Source: Paraspadella gotoi (lineage: Eukaryota > Animalia > Chaetognatha). Taken from it: DNA of 64,000 bases. How positions within the stretch are numbered: the first letter of the stretch is position 1; every line of letters starts with the position of its first letter. The stretch spans positions 4,303,392 through 4,367,391 of the forward strand of contig CM119264.1 in assembly GCA_051294375.1 (NCBI GenBank), in the 5' to 3' direction. The notes below the pieces were generated by a model. The model was not told the origin of the DNA and did not search any database. It worked only from the letters and a program-made list of their open reading frames with translations. The translations under genes and the position numbers were made by a program. Below, piece after piece: positions 12,156 to 24,955 of the stretch.

Positions 12156-15100
12156 TTCTTCGAGGGTTCTCTTGGCTCAGGTGCTGGAAAATGGATCCGC
12201 CGCCTCTCGTCCGCCTTCCCCGGCCGCCGACGTCTCTTTCCGGCGACCGCCTCTTAAATTCCGCCCAAATCGTCGAATCGGCGACCAGGTGCCGGATAGG
12301 TGCCGGATAGGTGCCGACGGAGCGGTCACGCCCGAACGAGAGGGATAAACAGACTGACGAAGGGACATACGGATCGACAGAGATAATTGTAAACATAGTT
12401 AAAGAATATGTATACACTTGATCGTTCAAAGGTCTAATCGACTTCCATGGAAAAAAGCAGACAGAACTCATTTTTGAGATCTTTCATTTACAATTTGAAC
12501 TCATTAAGTAAAAAATTATATTAAAAATCAAATATTTGATATTGAATATTCAGCAGGGATTCGACCACTATGAGATGATTCCTCTGAACTACAAATATGA
12601 TAAATTAGACAATTTTTTTTTATTCGTGTCCATTTTTGAAATTTTTGCTAATGATCAAATCGATTTCAAGCCTAATAATAAAAGACAACAAAAAAATAGC
12701 ACGAGAATCGATCGTTAAAATTCGTCCTTTTAATCAGCGAGTGTGTGTTGCGACTCGAGAGTGATGAAAAAGGAAAGCGAAAAATAATCAATACAAGTTT
12801 TATAGTTTTTATGTTTTTTCCTTCTCGTCTGTCTGTCTTTGGTACATTTAGCTTCTTGCTGTCTTGAAAAAAGAGAAAATCGATTCAAACAACTTTAGTT
12901 TATTTGAAATTAGTCAACGATCGAAGCTATCCGAGAAAATGAAAAAGTACTCAAAAAAAACTGTGGGGGAAAATGACTAAATAAGATGGGTGATCACTTA
13001 AAGTCTTAAATATAGACGACAAACGTCTAACGCCGGCATTTCTATCTGACAAGTATCACCCTGTGCATTGTGCAAGTGGGTATTAATGATATTGGTTACA
13101 GTCCTTTTTGACAGATATTTTTAAATCGAAAATGACTGCTAGATATTACGAGAGTTAGCTGTGCGCGCTTTTAAACGTAACTGGAACAAACCCGAGGGAA
13201 AGAGAGTCAGACTAACAAACCGACCGCCCGATGCCCAAGTGTCTTTCAGACATTCTTCGCGAGTACTCGCGCCGAAACTAAAAAGCCGAGAGTGAAGGAA
13301 AAAAGAAAAGAAAAAGAAAAAAGAAGAAAAAAAATAAGAGGCCAGAGGATTGAGCGACGTCGGTTATGAGATCCATTGAAAACTTTTATTCCCACTTTCC
13401 TCCTTTTTTCTTTTTTTCGTCGACGAGTCGAGGCCGACGAGGCGTGGCCGTTGAGGCCATGATTACGCCGCCGCCACGAGACCAGCCCATCTTTCCGACT
13501 CCTCGTTCTTTTCGTTCGTTCACCTCGTTTCTCTCCGGTCGTTCTACCCGTTCGTTACTCCGTTCTCTTGGTTCGTTCTTTCGGTTCTCTTCGTTAATTT
13601 TCTGCATTCTCTTTGTTCGTGCTCCCCGTTATCGCACTTTCGTTCGTTCTCCCCGACAGTTCGTCAGTGAAGGATGAATACTCAGCCGTTCTTCCTTCCT
13701 TTTCGTTCGTTCTCTCGTTCTCTCAGGTTCTTTCCTTTAATCTTCTCAGTTCTCCTGATCCTCGACGCAAACTTCACCGACGCGGTTGCCCGTTATCCCG
13801 ATTCTCCTACTTACTTTCCATTTTCCACACCAGTCAACCGATCGTTCTCCCGCTCTGTCTCCGAAATTATCCNNNNNNNNNNNNNNNNNNNNNNNNNNNN
13901 NNNNNNNNNNNNNNNNNNNNNNNNNNNNNNNNNNNNNNNNNNNNNNNNNNNNNNNNNNNNNNNNNNNNNCTCTCTCTCTCTCTCTACTCTGCTCCTCTCT
14001 CTCTCTCTCTCTCTCTCTCTTCACTCTGCTGCCCTTCCCAAATCACTCCAGCCCCGCCTCACCCCAACTCCATCCCCCGCATCTCCATCCTTCCGTGGCG
14101 GCAATCACCTGCTCTCTCGAGTTTGACGACCCCTTGGAAGGCGGAGCGGCGTCGCCGGCGTCGACTCGTCCCTCGTGTCGGCGTCAATCTCCCGGTTTCC
14201 GCTTCGAATTAGTTCCGGCGCCGCGAGACGAATAGACGCCGGATTCCATCTCCCTCTCTCTAATCGGCGCCGCAGTTTTAGTTTTTGCTTTCCGATCGGC
14301 GCCGCGATTCCCTGCTCTTTTTTTAATATCCAATCAGCACTGAATGTGATCATTGGTTCCATAATTGACAATGCAATAGCACATCTTATTTTAGAATCAT
14401 CATTTCCGACTCTGCACGCCTGCAACAACTTTATTTTTTTAATGAACTTTGAATCAGCTGATTCACTGTTCACTTCAGTACAGTTCAGTTCAGTACAGTT
14501 GCGTTCCCTTCTGTGATTTACAATCAGCAATGAACATTGACCAATCACTTAAATCTCCCTTTTCCCTTTTCTCTCCCAGAACCAAAAGTTAGCCAACCAA
14601 TTTAACTAACCAATTTAACCAACATTTAACATTTAACAATAATCTACATTTCACCTCTCTCGTCCAATCGGCTCCGCAAATGCCGCATCCCATTCATCTA
14701 CTCGAATCTACCTCCCATCCCTTCGCCCCAGTCTGATTGGCAAAACCGGAATGGGACGAGACTCTGCCAGCGACACCTTGAGTTTTGACTTCACTCTAAC
14801 GTCGGCCGCTCTTCCTCCTCTCCTCTTTTTCTCGATGAGGCCTCGATAATCCTGGTCGGTTATTGGATCCGGTTTTTCTTTTTAATTCTTTTAATCAAGC
14901 CCGTTTACGATGGTTAATTAATCATTTAACCATCCGTCTGTCCGTCTCTCTACCCATTTAAAAGGATCGCTTTGTATTAATTATTCTTTCCGATTTCCTA
15001 TTGCGGTAATCTACTTGAAATCAATCCAATAATCCATCCATCAATTCATTCATTTATTCATCAATCCATCCGTCCATGCATCCATTCCTATATTCATCCA

Positions 15101-15418
15101 TCAATCAAATCCGTCCGTCCGTCCATCTATTCACATTCGTGCCTAATGCTCTTGCACCTGACTTTTCTCGCTCTTTAAAAACATCTGCTCTCTGCATCTG
15201 CCTCTTCTCTCAACCGAACATCTCCGATTTCCAATCAGCCTTCTTCCCCCGTTTATTTTTCCCGCCATTCCCAGCATTTTTTTGCTCATACCCTGCCTTT
15301 TACTAGTCTTTCCATGCCTTTCCATGTCTTTTACCCTCTCTTATCAATTTCTCTTTTCTCTTTTTTCTCATCCTAGCTTGCAACCCTTATCAATCGGCCC
15401 ATTCTTCTCTTTAATTGT

Positions 15419-15458
<40 letters not shown>

Positions 15459-16331
15459 TCTTCTCTCTCTCTTCTCTCTCTCTCTCCTCTAACCCAAATC
15501 TCGCTTATCTCTCCCACCCTTTTCTCTCTCTCCCCCTTCCTCTCTCCCATCTCCCTTTCCTTCATCCTCGGCACTCCACTGCACAGACTTAATATTTACT
15601 TTCTTCATTTCTTTCCTTAGAGTCTAAGCGCTAAGAACCCCATTAAAAGAAAGGTTTCCTCTTATTTCAACGATGTGCCTTCGCCGTCCTAGACGTTGGC
15701 GGCCTGGAAAGGCGATCGAGGGAGAGAGAGAGGGAGATGACGAGATGCGAGAGAGGGCGATGAGACGGAGGGAGGGAGAGCAGGTGAGAAGAGGGAGAAA
15801 GGGAGAGAGGAGAGGGAGGAGAGAATCTGAGGAGAGAGGGAGAGAAAGGGGGAGAAGAAGGAATGGGAGAGAGGGAAGAAAGGGCGAGAAGAGGGAGAGA
15901 GGCGAAGGGTAAAGAATGGGAGGAGGAAAGAGTAGGAAAGACATGAAAAATAAGAAAATGAATGAGGGGGAAGAAAGCGATGAGGGGGATGGCGAGGCGG
16001 AGGCGTGATGAGAGGGAGACTTGAGGGGACAAAGATGGAGGGAAGGGGATGGATAGAAGGGGGACGGCAGAAGGCGAGAGGTGAGAGAGAGAGGAAGAGA
16101 AGAAAAGGGAGGGGAATAGCGAAGGATGAAGAGCGATGAAGGGTGGGACTTGAATCAAGGAGAAAAGAAAGAAAGAAAAAAAATGAAATACAGAAAGAAA
16201 GAAAATATGAAAGAGAGAAAGACCGAATGAAAGACATAAACACCGACAGAAAGAAAGAAAAGAGAAGAATAGAAAGCGAAATGAGAAAATAAAACAAAAG
16301 GGAGAGAGAAAGGTAGTAAAAAATAGAAAAA

Positions 16332-16374
<43 letters not shown>

Positions 16375-16639
16375 CAAGCGATGAAATAGCACGAAGGGTT
16401 CGAGTCGGAGAAATTTATCGTGAATAAAATTGCTTTTCACAAATGGGGGCAGAGACCGATTATGACTTCCCATCATGAATTAGAGTCACGTGTTTTATTT
16501 TCCTTTTTCCTTTTTTTAACGATGTTTTCCTTTTTTTGTTTTAAGGTTTTTGTTTTCTGATTTTTCGTGTTTTGGAGTTTATTTGTTTTTTGGGTTTTTT
16601 TCTTTGCAACCAAAAATCGAAATACATATTTCGTTTCAC

Positions 16640-16795
16640 TTAATTTCATTTCATTTCATTTCATTTCATTTCAATTTATTTTATTTTATTTTATTTTATT
16701 TTATTTTATTTTATTTTATTTTATTTTATTTTATTTTATTTTATTTTATTTTATTTTATTTTATTTTATTTTATTTCATTTTATTTCATTTTCAT
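16640..16795. repeat. (ATTTC/ATTTT)n pentanucleotide microsatellite
   Basis: Directly visible. Confidence 0.95.
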
Positions 16796-16962
16796 GGTCG
16801 TTGTCGTCATGTCCGTAAAATCCTTAAGAAATCTATAAAAACTTAGTATAAACTTTAAAGGAAAAACAAACAAACAAACGAAGAGTCAATTCATCTTTAA
16901 ACTCATTTGGTCATACAGAAGTAGTTAACACCTTCGTAATAAAAGTGTCACATTTATCGTTA

Positions 16963-17019
<57 letters not shown>

Positions 17020-17924
17020 TTGTCACTACTGCAACTTTGTTATTAACCCGTCCTGTCCAATCTCTTATCATATCCAAAGTCAACCTTTGCCATTCCCCCT
17101 TTGCCACTCCCTTTGCCATTCCGCCTTTGCCATTCCCCCTTTGCCACTCCCCATCTCCTCTCCCCAAGCCACGCCCACATCCGCTCTCACCCAAACATCG
17201 ATGACCCAAAAAAGTCAGAACAAAATTTATTCCATCGATTAATTTTTTCTTCTGAGGAAAAATTCCTCCAATTCCCAAACCCGTCTACGTCGTCGTTGTC
17301 GTCGTCGTCGTCGTCTTTGTTGTCGTCGGCGTCGTTGTCATCGTCGTTGTCGTCGTCGTCGTCGTCGGCCCCTGTCGTTGTCGTCGTCGTTGTCATCGTT
17401 TTTGTCTTCGTCGTCGTCTTCATCATCGTCGTCGTCTGCCTTTTCTTGATCCCGAGAGAGCGCTAATGAAGACGCCCACTCTGTCGTCGTCATCGTCTTC
17501 CGCGTCGTCGTCGTCGTCGTTTCCGCCAGCCGTCCGCCACCTGTTGGAGGATTTTTTCAACTTTTTTCTCGTTTTATGATTTTTTTTTCCCTTCAGTCTC
17601 CACATCTGATGAGAATAAGTCAGGGATGCTTTTAGGTCTGACGACATTTACGAGGGTTTCTCGTGGGCAATGAGAGAGAGAGAAGAGAGAGATAGAGAGA
17701 GAGAGGGAGAGAGAGGAGAGAGAGAGAGAGAGAGAGGAGAGCGAGGAGAGAGAGGAGAGACGAGAGAGAAGAGAGAGAGGAGAGAGAGAGAGAGAGAGAA
17801 GAGGTAGATCGCTTAAGTTGACTGCTTCTTGGTTTTAGTTACGACACTTTCCAGTTTTCTATGAGTGGGTTTCACTTACATTATGACAAATGATAAAATA
17901 AAAAAGTAATGTAAAATGTTTCTT

Positions 17925-18495
17925 AACGTCATCTCATGCCACTGTTAGGTATAATGATTAAAAAGCTTTAATTTCATAATGGAGTGTTCAGCTGCAAAAA
18001 AAAAAATATAAAATTTATATATTTCCAATATTTTCGACATAAAGTTTCCTATTGTCATCATTCCAGTGCGAAGCAAAAAGAATTAACAAACAAAACTTTT
18101 ATATAATAGTAAGAAATAGAAAATAAAGAGAGAGAGGACACAAATAACAATGAAAAAGGCTTAAAGACTAAATCGACACTTAAGAGTGGTCAGGAAGAAC
18201 CAAAAAAAGGGTTCTTCTGACCACTTTAGGTCATTTAGTCTTTTAGCCCTTTCATTGTTATTGTGTCTCTCTCTCTCTTTATTTCTTCTATTTCTTCTTA
18301 CTTTAATAAAAAAGTTTTTTTGTTAAATTCTTTTTCTTTCCACTGAAAGAAGTGACAATAGAAACTTTATGTCGAACAATATATTAGGAAAAATTATTAA
18401 ATTTTTCCTTTTTTTTTTTTTTTTTGCACTTTCCACTCCATTATGAAATTAAACTTTTAATCATGGTTATACTAACAGTGCATGGAGAATGACCG
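17925..18495. repeat. ~570-bp imperfect palindrome (inverted pseudo-LTR pair, centre ~18205)
   Basis: ...gagtggtcaggaagaac-caaaaaaagg-gttcttctgaccactt...; the arms pair over ~280 bp. The right arm recurs in direct orientation at ~21570-21820. Confidence 0.85.
18032..18067 (-). ncRNA. Minimal hammerhead ribozyme core in pseudo-LTR (other copies 18343-18378 + and ~21722-21765 +)
   Basis: Minus strand reads ctggaatga-tgacaatagg-aaac-tttatgtc-gaaa; the plus copy reads ctgaaaga..gacaata..tatgtc-gaa. A consensus of the noisy copies gives CUGANGA, stem II, GAAA. Confidence 0.6.
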
Positions 18496-19389
18496 TTTTT
18501 TTATTCGTTAAAAGAAATTACTTATCAACCGCCCATTATGGATGGAAAGGGACGTTTTCAACACCAAAATATTAAATCTCTAATCAAAATTTAAAAGTAA
18601 AACAATTTGCTTCGGGACAAAAAATCTCGGTGTGATTTTTCTGAACGTATGATGTAATGTTTTCACCAAATTCATTCCCTTATCTTCTAAAAAACCGCTT
18701 TGGCCCGATACCAAAACACACTACTAGCTCGTCGTCGAATTACCAGAAATAAATACCAAAAAAAAGCAATCTTAAATGAAACCCTTAACCAAACTCTGTG
18801 CGGCTCAACTTGCGTAAGTCCTTGAATATTAATTCTCAACTCTAGAAGACTGCTTAAAAGAAAAAAATTAACTGAAATACATTATAACCTGTATCCTTCA
18901 CGCTAATTTTTAACTTGCTGTTTTGAAAAAACAACCTTTATTTGCAAAAACACAAATTAAAGACTAAAATTTAAATTTTGAACAAACAAACTAAAAGACA
19001 AAACAGTTATAAAAAAATCCGTTTAAGAAATAAGACCCTCTGAATTAAAAATACATGGTGTTATTGCAAATTGAACTCCGTATAAAACCCCATTACCTTG
19101 ACGAAGCCCATCTCCTCTCCTGTTCCACTTGCCGACCTAAATTCGCCATTACCCCGAAAGAAATACCAACAAAATGGAAATAATGAGTTGAACGAGTGGA
19201 ACAGGGTCTTGCAATTCTTTTAGAGCTAAAAAAGGAAAAAAAAACAGAAAGCAGACCCTCTTTCTCAGACACGAAAACACGGCAAAGCATTCTCCGAAAA
19301 TGCCAAAAAAACCAAATTCCAATCTCACCTCGCGAAAAAAAGAAAGGGTCTTATGCCTTCTTAAAAAAAAAACAAAAGTTTGGCCCGTC

Positions 19390-20560
19390 GTAACTCCTTT
19401 GATAAAGGGCAAGGATTGTCGTTCTTTTGTCTGAAAATGAAACCTTCTTAATTAAGAAAGCATAAAGTGAAATTTCAAAATGCTCACCCTTTGAACCCCA
19501 GACACCACTCTAACCCTTCGAAAGATGAAAAAATTCCAAACCAAATTTAAGGGAACTTCACAAAGAAGGCTAAACTTGATTGATGCTACTTACAAAAACA
19601 CCTTTACCCATTCGGCGATCCTTAACCCCCTCAGCAATACCCCAGTAATAAAGGCTCACAAACACCGAAAAAAACTAACCCTGCCCGTTTTAATAATCCC
19701 TCAAACATTTTGGCGCCCCCACAAGAACAACTAGCTTTCCTTCTTAAATAAAACTTCTACAACCATACCATTAAAAAGCTGCCCAGTATACCTGTAAAAA
19801 ATAAAAAATTCGGTTTTAATTTCGGTAGAAAAAAAATAAAGTCTCTTCAAAGCTTAACCCTAACGGAAAGAATGATTTCATTTTTGATGCTTTCCGCCCT
19901 CTTTCCCTCTTACCAATCTTTGATGCCCTCCCTCTATATTAAAAGCCTTGCTTTAGAGCAATGGATCAAAAATCTAAGGTGAATCGCCACAATCACTAAA
20001 AACACCAGAGATTATCGATTTAATTTCACTTTGCCTTGTCCAATTCCGACTTCATTATAATGGAAAGACACCACACAAAACTGAAAGGATAGTTGGCGCC
20101 CCATTTGGCCCCTTTCTCTCATTTGGTGCACCGTGTCGTCTTTCACAACTTTGGATGTCATTACTATGAGAAAAGCAAGTTGAACCTAGCAAGAAGAAAA
20201 GGGAATTCATGTGTCCACAAAATATTCTTCACTTATACATCGACGACTTTGTTACCGTCACTCTTATTCCACCCCAACCCAAGAAGGGCCAGGGGCTCCT
20301 CAGCACTTCTGTATTGACTTGACCCTGCAGAAAAGTTCAAATGATTTGCCTCAGATTGATGTGCACCACGGGTTTCAGTGGTTTACTCGTGGGGAAGAGA
20401 GGAGAACAACAATAGCAGGCATAGCAATTTCTTGAATGCTTCACATTACCCGACAAGAAGATGGCAAACTTCTTCAACACCGCACTTACTATCGCAAACA
20501 ACCACCCCAATACAAACTTGTGCTATTAAAACCCCAATTCATGCCAGAAACCCACCAAAT
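19390..20560 (+). pseudogene. Penelope-type reverse transcriptase domain (frameshifted)
   Basis: Read across indels: DKG (~19403), KAHK (~19650), SNI-GAPT..LA-FLN (~19700-19750), MISF-DA-ALFPS (~19872-19912), YNGK..G..LAP (~20055-20115), YIDDFV (20236-20253), YYRK (~20485). Confidence 0.85.
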
Positions 20561-21094
20561 TTACATAATCTCAAAGCTTTCAAAGGTTGAACATCTGCAG
20601 AGCCCATAGACTTTGTGCACTTCAGCCAACCAACGTTATAAAAAAACCAAGGAGGTGGAGTTTGACGGGTTACTCTTTTTGATATGTATTTGAAATTACA
20701 TAGGCCAAAACAGAAAAAAAACTTCGTAGTTATTGCAACTACATACAAACACCAAACCAGATACCAGACATCAACCACTACCAAAAACAGGCAATCATAA
20801 CAAAAAAGAACACGAAATTTATAAAACATTCGAAAACATCCACAGATATCTACTGCCAATCCAACCAATCTCGTTTTGATGTCCTCCCCTTTCGGTGAAG
20901 AAAAATATTGAAGAAGACAAGCCATATGCATGCATACCCATACATCCCGAACATTAGTCAATCAACTTAAAAATCACTTCTCTAAAGCCGGCCATCAAAC
21001 ATCTGTTCACAATCAGGCCACAAAATATTAAAGGGACATTCTTTGCTACCAAAAAACCCCGCACTCACCCTGACCCAACAAAAAAAAAAAATGC

Positions 21095-21300
21095 TTAATT
21101 CTGATAAATACAACTGCCCATGTTCTTGAGAAAGCCGTGCTATATTTGGCCAAACCTCTTTCGCAGTTTTTCCAGACACGCTGGAAGGAACATATTTGAT
21201 ATGAAAGAGCAGCAATCTTGGTAAAAGAGCAATGGCAACCACTACCCGGAATACTACCGCACCAAACACCTTATAAAAGATTTGTCCACTAACCCCCGGA
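21095..21300 (+). pseudogene. GIY-YIG endonuclease domain of the Penelope-like element (frameshifted)
   Basis: tatatttggccaaacctct...acacgctggaaggaacat reads YI-GQTS...TRWKEH, preceded by Cys codons. Confidence 0.8.
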
Positions 21301-24149
21301 TATTTTGCCCAGACGCAAAGTATTATTAAAATCAGTATGTCCGAGAAAAAACAAAAATAAAAAAAAAAAAAACTGATCCATGACCTTAAAACTCGGCGAA
21401 GCACTTTGTGGAAATTCGACAGTCACAGTAGTGCGACCTGGGGAGGGTCTAAATTGAAGACTGCGGGGAGCCTTACGTTTGAACAACGAAAACTAGCACG
21501 CGTGTGGGTCTTGGAACTGTGTTCTTTATGACTTAATGAAGGAGGTGGGGCGGCCAACCCTTTTTGGGCGTTCTTTCTGACCACTCTTAGGGTCATTTTA
21601 GTCCTTAACCTTTTTTTTCATGTTATTTTGTCGGGTTTCCTCTCCCTCTCTTAATTTCTCTTTTCTTACTTATTTAAGAAGTTTTGTATTTATGTTTGTT
21701 AATTTTTCTATTATCATTCCTCATGGCAAGCCATGACATTATGAAACTATTATTCGTCGAAATACTATTGGAAAATTTAATAAATTTTTTTTTTTTTTTT
21801 TCTTTGCACTGCACCTCCATTATGACAAATGATAAAATAAAAAAGTAATGTAAAATGTAATATATTAACATTAATAGCTTAAAAGTGTTTCAAAAATACA
21901 TGAAGGAATCAATTAATATCCATCACAAGGAACTAAAAAAGACAAAAGCGGAGAGACGAAGAGAAAAAGATAAATAAGAGTAAGAAAAAAAAGATAAAAT
22001 GAGAAAAAAAGGAGGGAAAAGTCAACTTGAACAAGGGAAGTAGGGAAAAAAAGTAAAAAGGACAAGAAAAAAAAGAAAGAAAAGAAAGAAAAGAAAGAAA
22101 AGAAAAAAAGGAAAAAAAGAAAAAGAAAAGAAAGAAAAGCAGATAAAGACAAAGACATAAATTAAAAAGTGTAAAAGAAGAACAGAAAAATAAAGAGAAA
22201 AAATAATAAAGTAAATTAAAATGTATTAAAATGCGTTTGCATAGTTATTAAAAAATTCTTTTTCGTAGAAGAAAAAAGAGAGGAAAAAATTGAAAGAAAT
22301 ATAATAAAAAAGAAAAAAAATATAGGAAAGTAGATAAAAGTGTGAAAATAAAATGGAAAAAAAGTAAAAGAAAAAAAATCAAGAAAAAGAAAAGAAAAGA
22401 AAAGAGAAGCAAGAAAAAAGAAGAAACAATGAAAAAAAAAGAAAAACAAGAAAAAGAAAATAAAGGAAAAGAAAAGAAAAGAAAAAAAAAAGAGGAAAAA
22501 AAAAGAGAAAAAAAGAAAAGAGAGATGGTGCCGGCGCAAACGAGGAAGACAATCTCGCGCGGAATCTGTTCCGGGTTCCGGATGTGAGCGAGGGACGTGA
22601 CCCTCGGCCGTCGACGACCTTTGACCTCCGCACGCGAAAAGAGGAAACGCGTCCCGTGGAACCATAAAAGCGGAGGAAAGGAGGAAAGGAGGAAAGGAAA
22701 GGGAAAAAAGAAAAGGAAGCAACAGAAGGAAACAGGGGAGAGGCAAGGGGGAGAGGAAGGGAGAAAGGGAAAAAAGGAATAAAAGAGAAAATGAAAATAA
22801 GGAAATTATATAAGAAAAAGAGTGAAGAATTAGGACAAAGTACTAAGGAAGACAAGACAATAGAAATATAAATAGAAATGATTACACTTGACCCTGGTCT
22901 AATGGGTCCTTTTGTCTAATAATGCTGAAGGGCCAATACTAAAACACGGTATCAGACAGCACTGTGTCCCTTTTTTCTAATGAATCCCACGATCATTGGC
23001 AGTAAACAAATACATTATTCATTATTCAATGTAGTTGAAATTTGTAGTTTTCTACTGTCTATGTCTTTGTTAAAAAGTGGAGAAAACCTAACGGGTTTTA
23101 TTTCATGACATCTAAATAATTTTAAACATAAATCAACAGTTAAACCAAGTAAATTAATAAATACATGGCATTGATAGTACACTAACGCCAGTTTCTGAAA
23201 CATTCATTCAAACTTTTACAACAAAGTTATGAGAAACGGTTTCCTTAAGGGAAATGTGAGTTTTTACATAGAAAGAAGGAAAGGAAAAAGATAAAGATAA
23301 GAACTCAAGAAAAATGAAAGACAACGAGAAAAAAATAAAGCGAGGAAGGAAAATAAAACAACGAAAGTGAGAAAGAAGGAAAAATAATTCGAGAGAAGGG
23401 AGGTAGAAAGAGAGATGGAACAGGGAGGAAGAGAGGAACAGAGGAACAGAGGAAGATAGGAAGAGAGGAAGAGAAGAAGAGAGGAAGAGAGAGGGGACAG
23501 AGAGGACAGAGATAAAAAAACCGAGGAGAAAGGAAAAGAAAAAGAATGAGAAAGGAAAAGAAAAAAGGAAGGAAAAAAGCGAAGAGAAGATAGATGAGAA
23601 GAAAAATCGATAGCGATGGAGGAAAAGAAAAGAAAGCGAATGCATCCAAACAGAAAAAAAGAAAGAAAGAAAAGAGGAAAAAATACGGAAGAAAGGAAGT
23701 CAAGATAAGAAAGTGAAAAAAAGGAAAAGAAGTTATAACAAAATATATACAAGTCAAACATAAAAACCCCAAAGAATTCTTGCTCGAGTCAACAAGAGGG
23801 AAACTTCACAGTGAAAAAAAGGCTGCATGATCGAAATTCAGACCATTGACGAATTTTATTCATTTTCAAAATAACTCACCCAGTTCGACTCAGTTAGTTG
23901 TAAGTCTGGCGAAAATCATGACTTTTTGTGAAAAGTGTAATTGTGTAAAAGTTTAATTGTCTCTTCGGGGACAATGTGGTGCATATCATGAGATCCAAAA
24001 CTGAACGTCACAAACAAATAGAGAGACAGCGAGTGATAGTGTGCTCCGCCGTATGGACCTTTCACGCATTAAAATCGTGATATTATTGTGAATAATCTTC
24101 ACCTTTTTTCATTGCTGCACACACTTTCATTCCTTCCGCTCTCCTCTCT

Positions 24150-24228
<79 letters not shown>

Positions 24229-24378
24229 TCTCTCTTTCTCTTTCTCCTCCACAAAGCAAAGATAATTTGCTGAACGACGCGAAAACAAGCTTTGCCTCGC
24301 GTGTCGGCTTAAACTCTCATTGTTGACACGTTTTTATCACGAAATTTTCTTCTCTCTCTCTCGTCTATACACTACTCT

Positions 24379-24430
<52 letters not shown>

Positions 24431-24615
24431 CTCTCTCTCTCTCTCTGACTTTGTACAAAGAGGCTCATGTCTTGTGAGAATTGAAACTCCTTTCAATTGA
24501 TTTTTTAATCGGCTATCAAACTATAAAAAGAAATGGACAACAATTGAGTTTAAAAAAATTTAAAAAAATATTATTAAAAAAGAAAGGAAAATTTAATCTT
24601 GACGGAGATGGTGCT

Positions 24616-24650
<35 letters not shown>

Positions 24651-24919
24651 NNNNNNNNNNNNNNNNNNNNNNNNNNNNNNNNNNNNNNNNNNNNNNNNNN
24701 NNNNNNNNNNNNNNNNNNNNNNNNNNNNNNNNNNNNNNNNNNNNNNNNNNNNNNNNNNNNNNNNNNNNNNNNNNNNNNNNNNNNNNNNNNNNNNNNNNNN
24801 NNNNNNNNNNNNNNNNNNNNNNNNNNNNNNNNNNNNNNNNNNNNNNNNNNNNNNNNNNNNNNNNNNNNNNNNNNNNNNNNNNNNNNNNNNNNNNNNNNNN
24901 NNNNNNNNNNNNNNNNNNN

Positions 24920-24955
<36 letters not shown>

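Larger units (their letters stand above)
17920..21817 (+). mobile_element. Penelope-like retroelement (RT plus C-terminal GIY-YIG), near full length
   Basis: RT and GIY-YIG motifs in the correct order, inverted and direct pseudo-LTRs with hammerhead cores, and a 41-bp flanking direct repeat. Confidence 0.85.
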
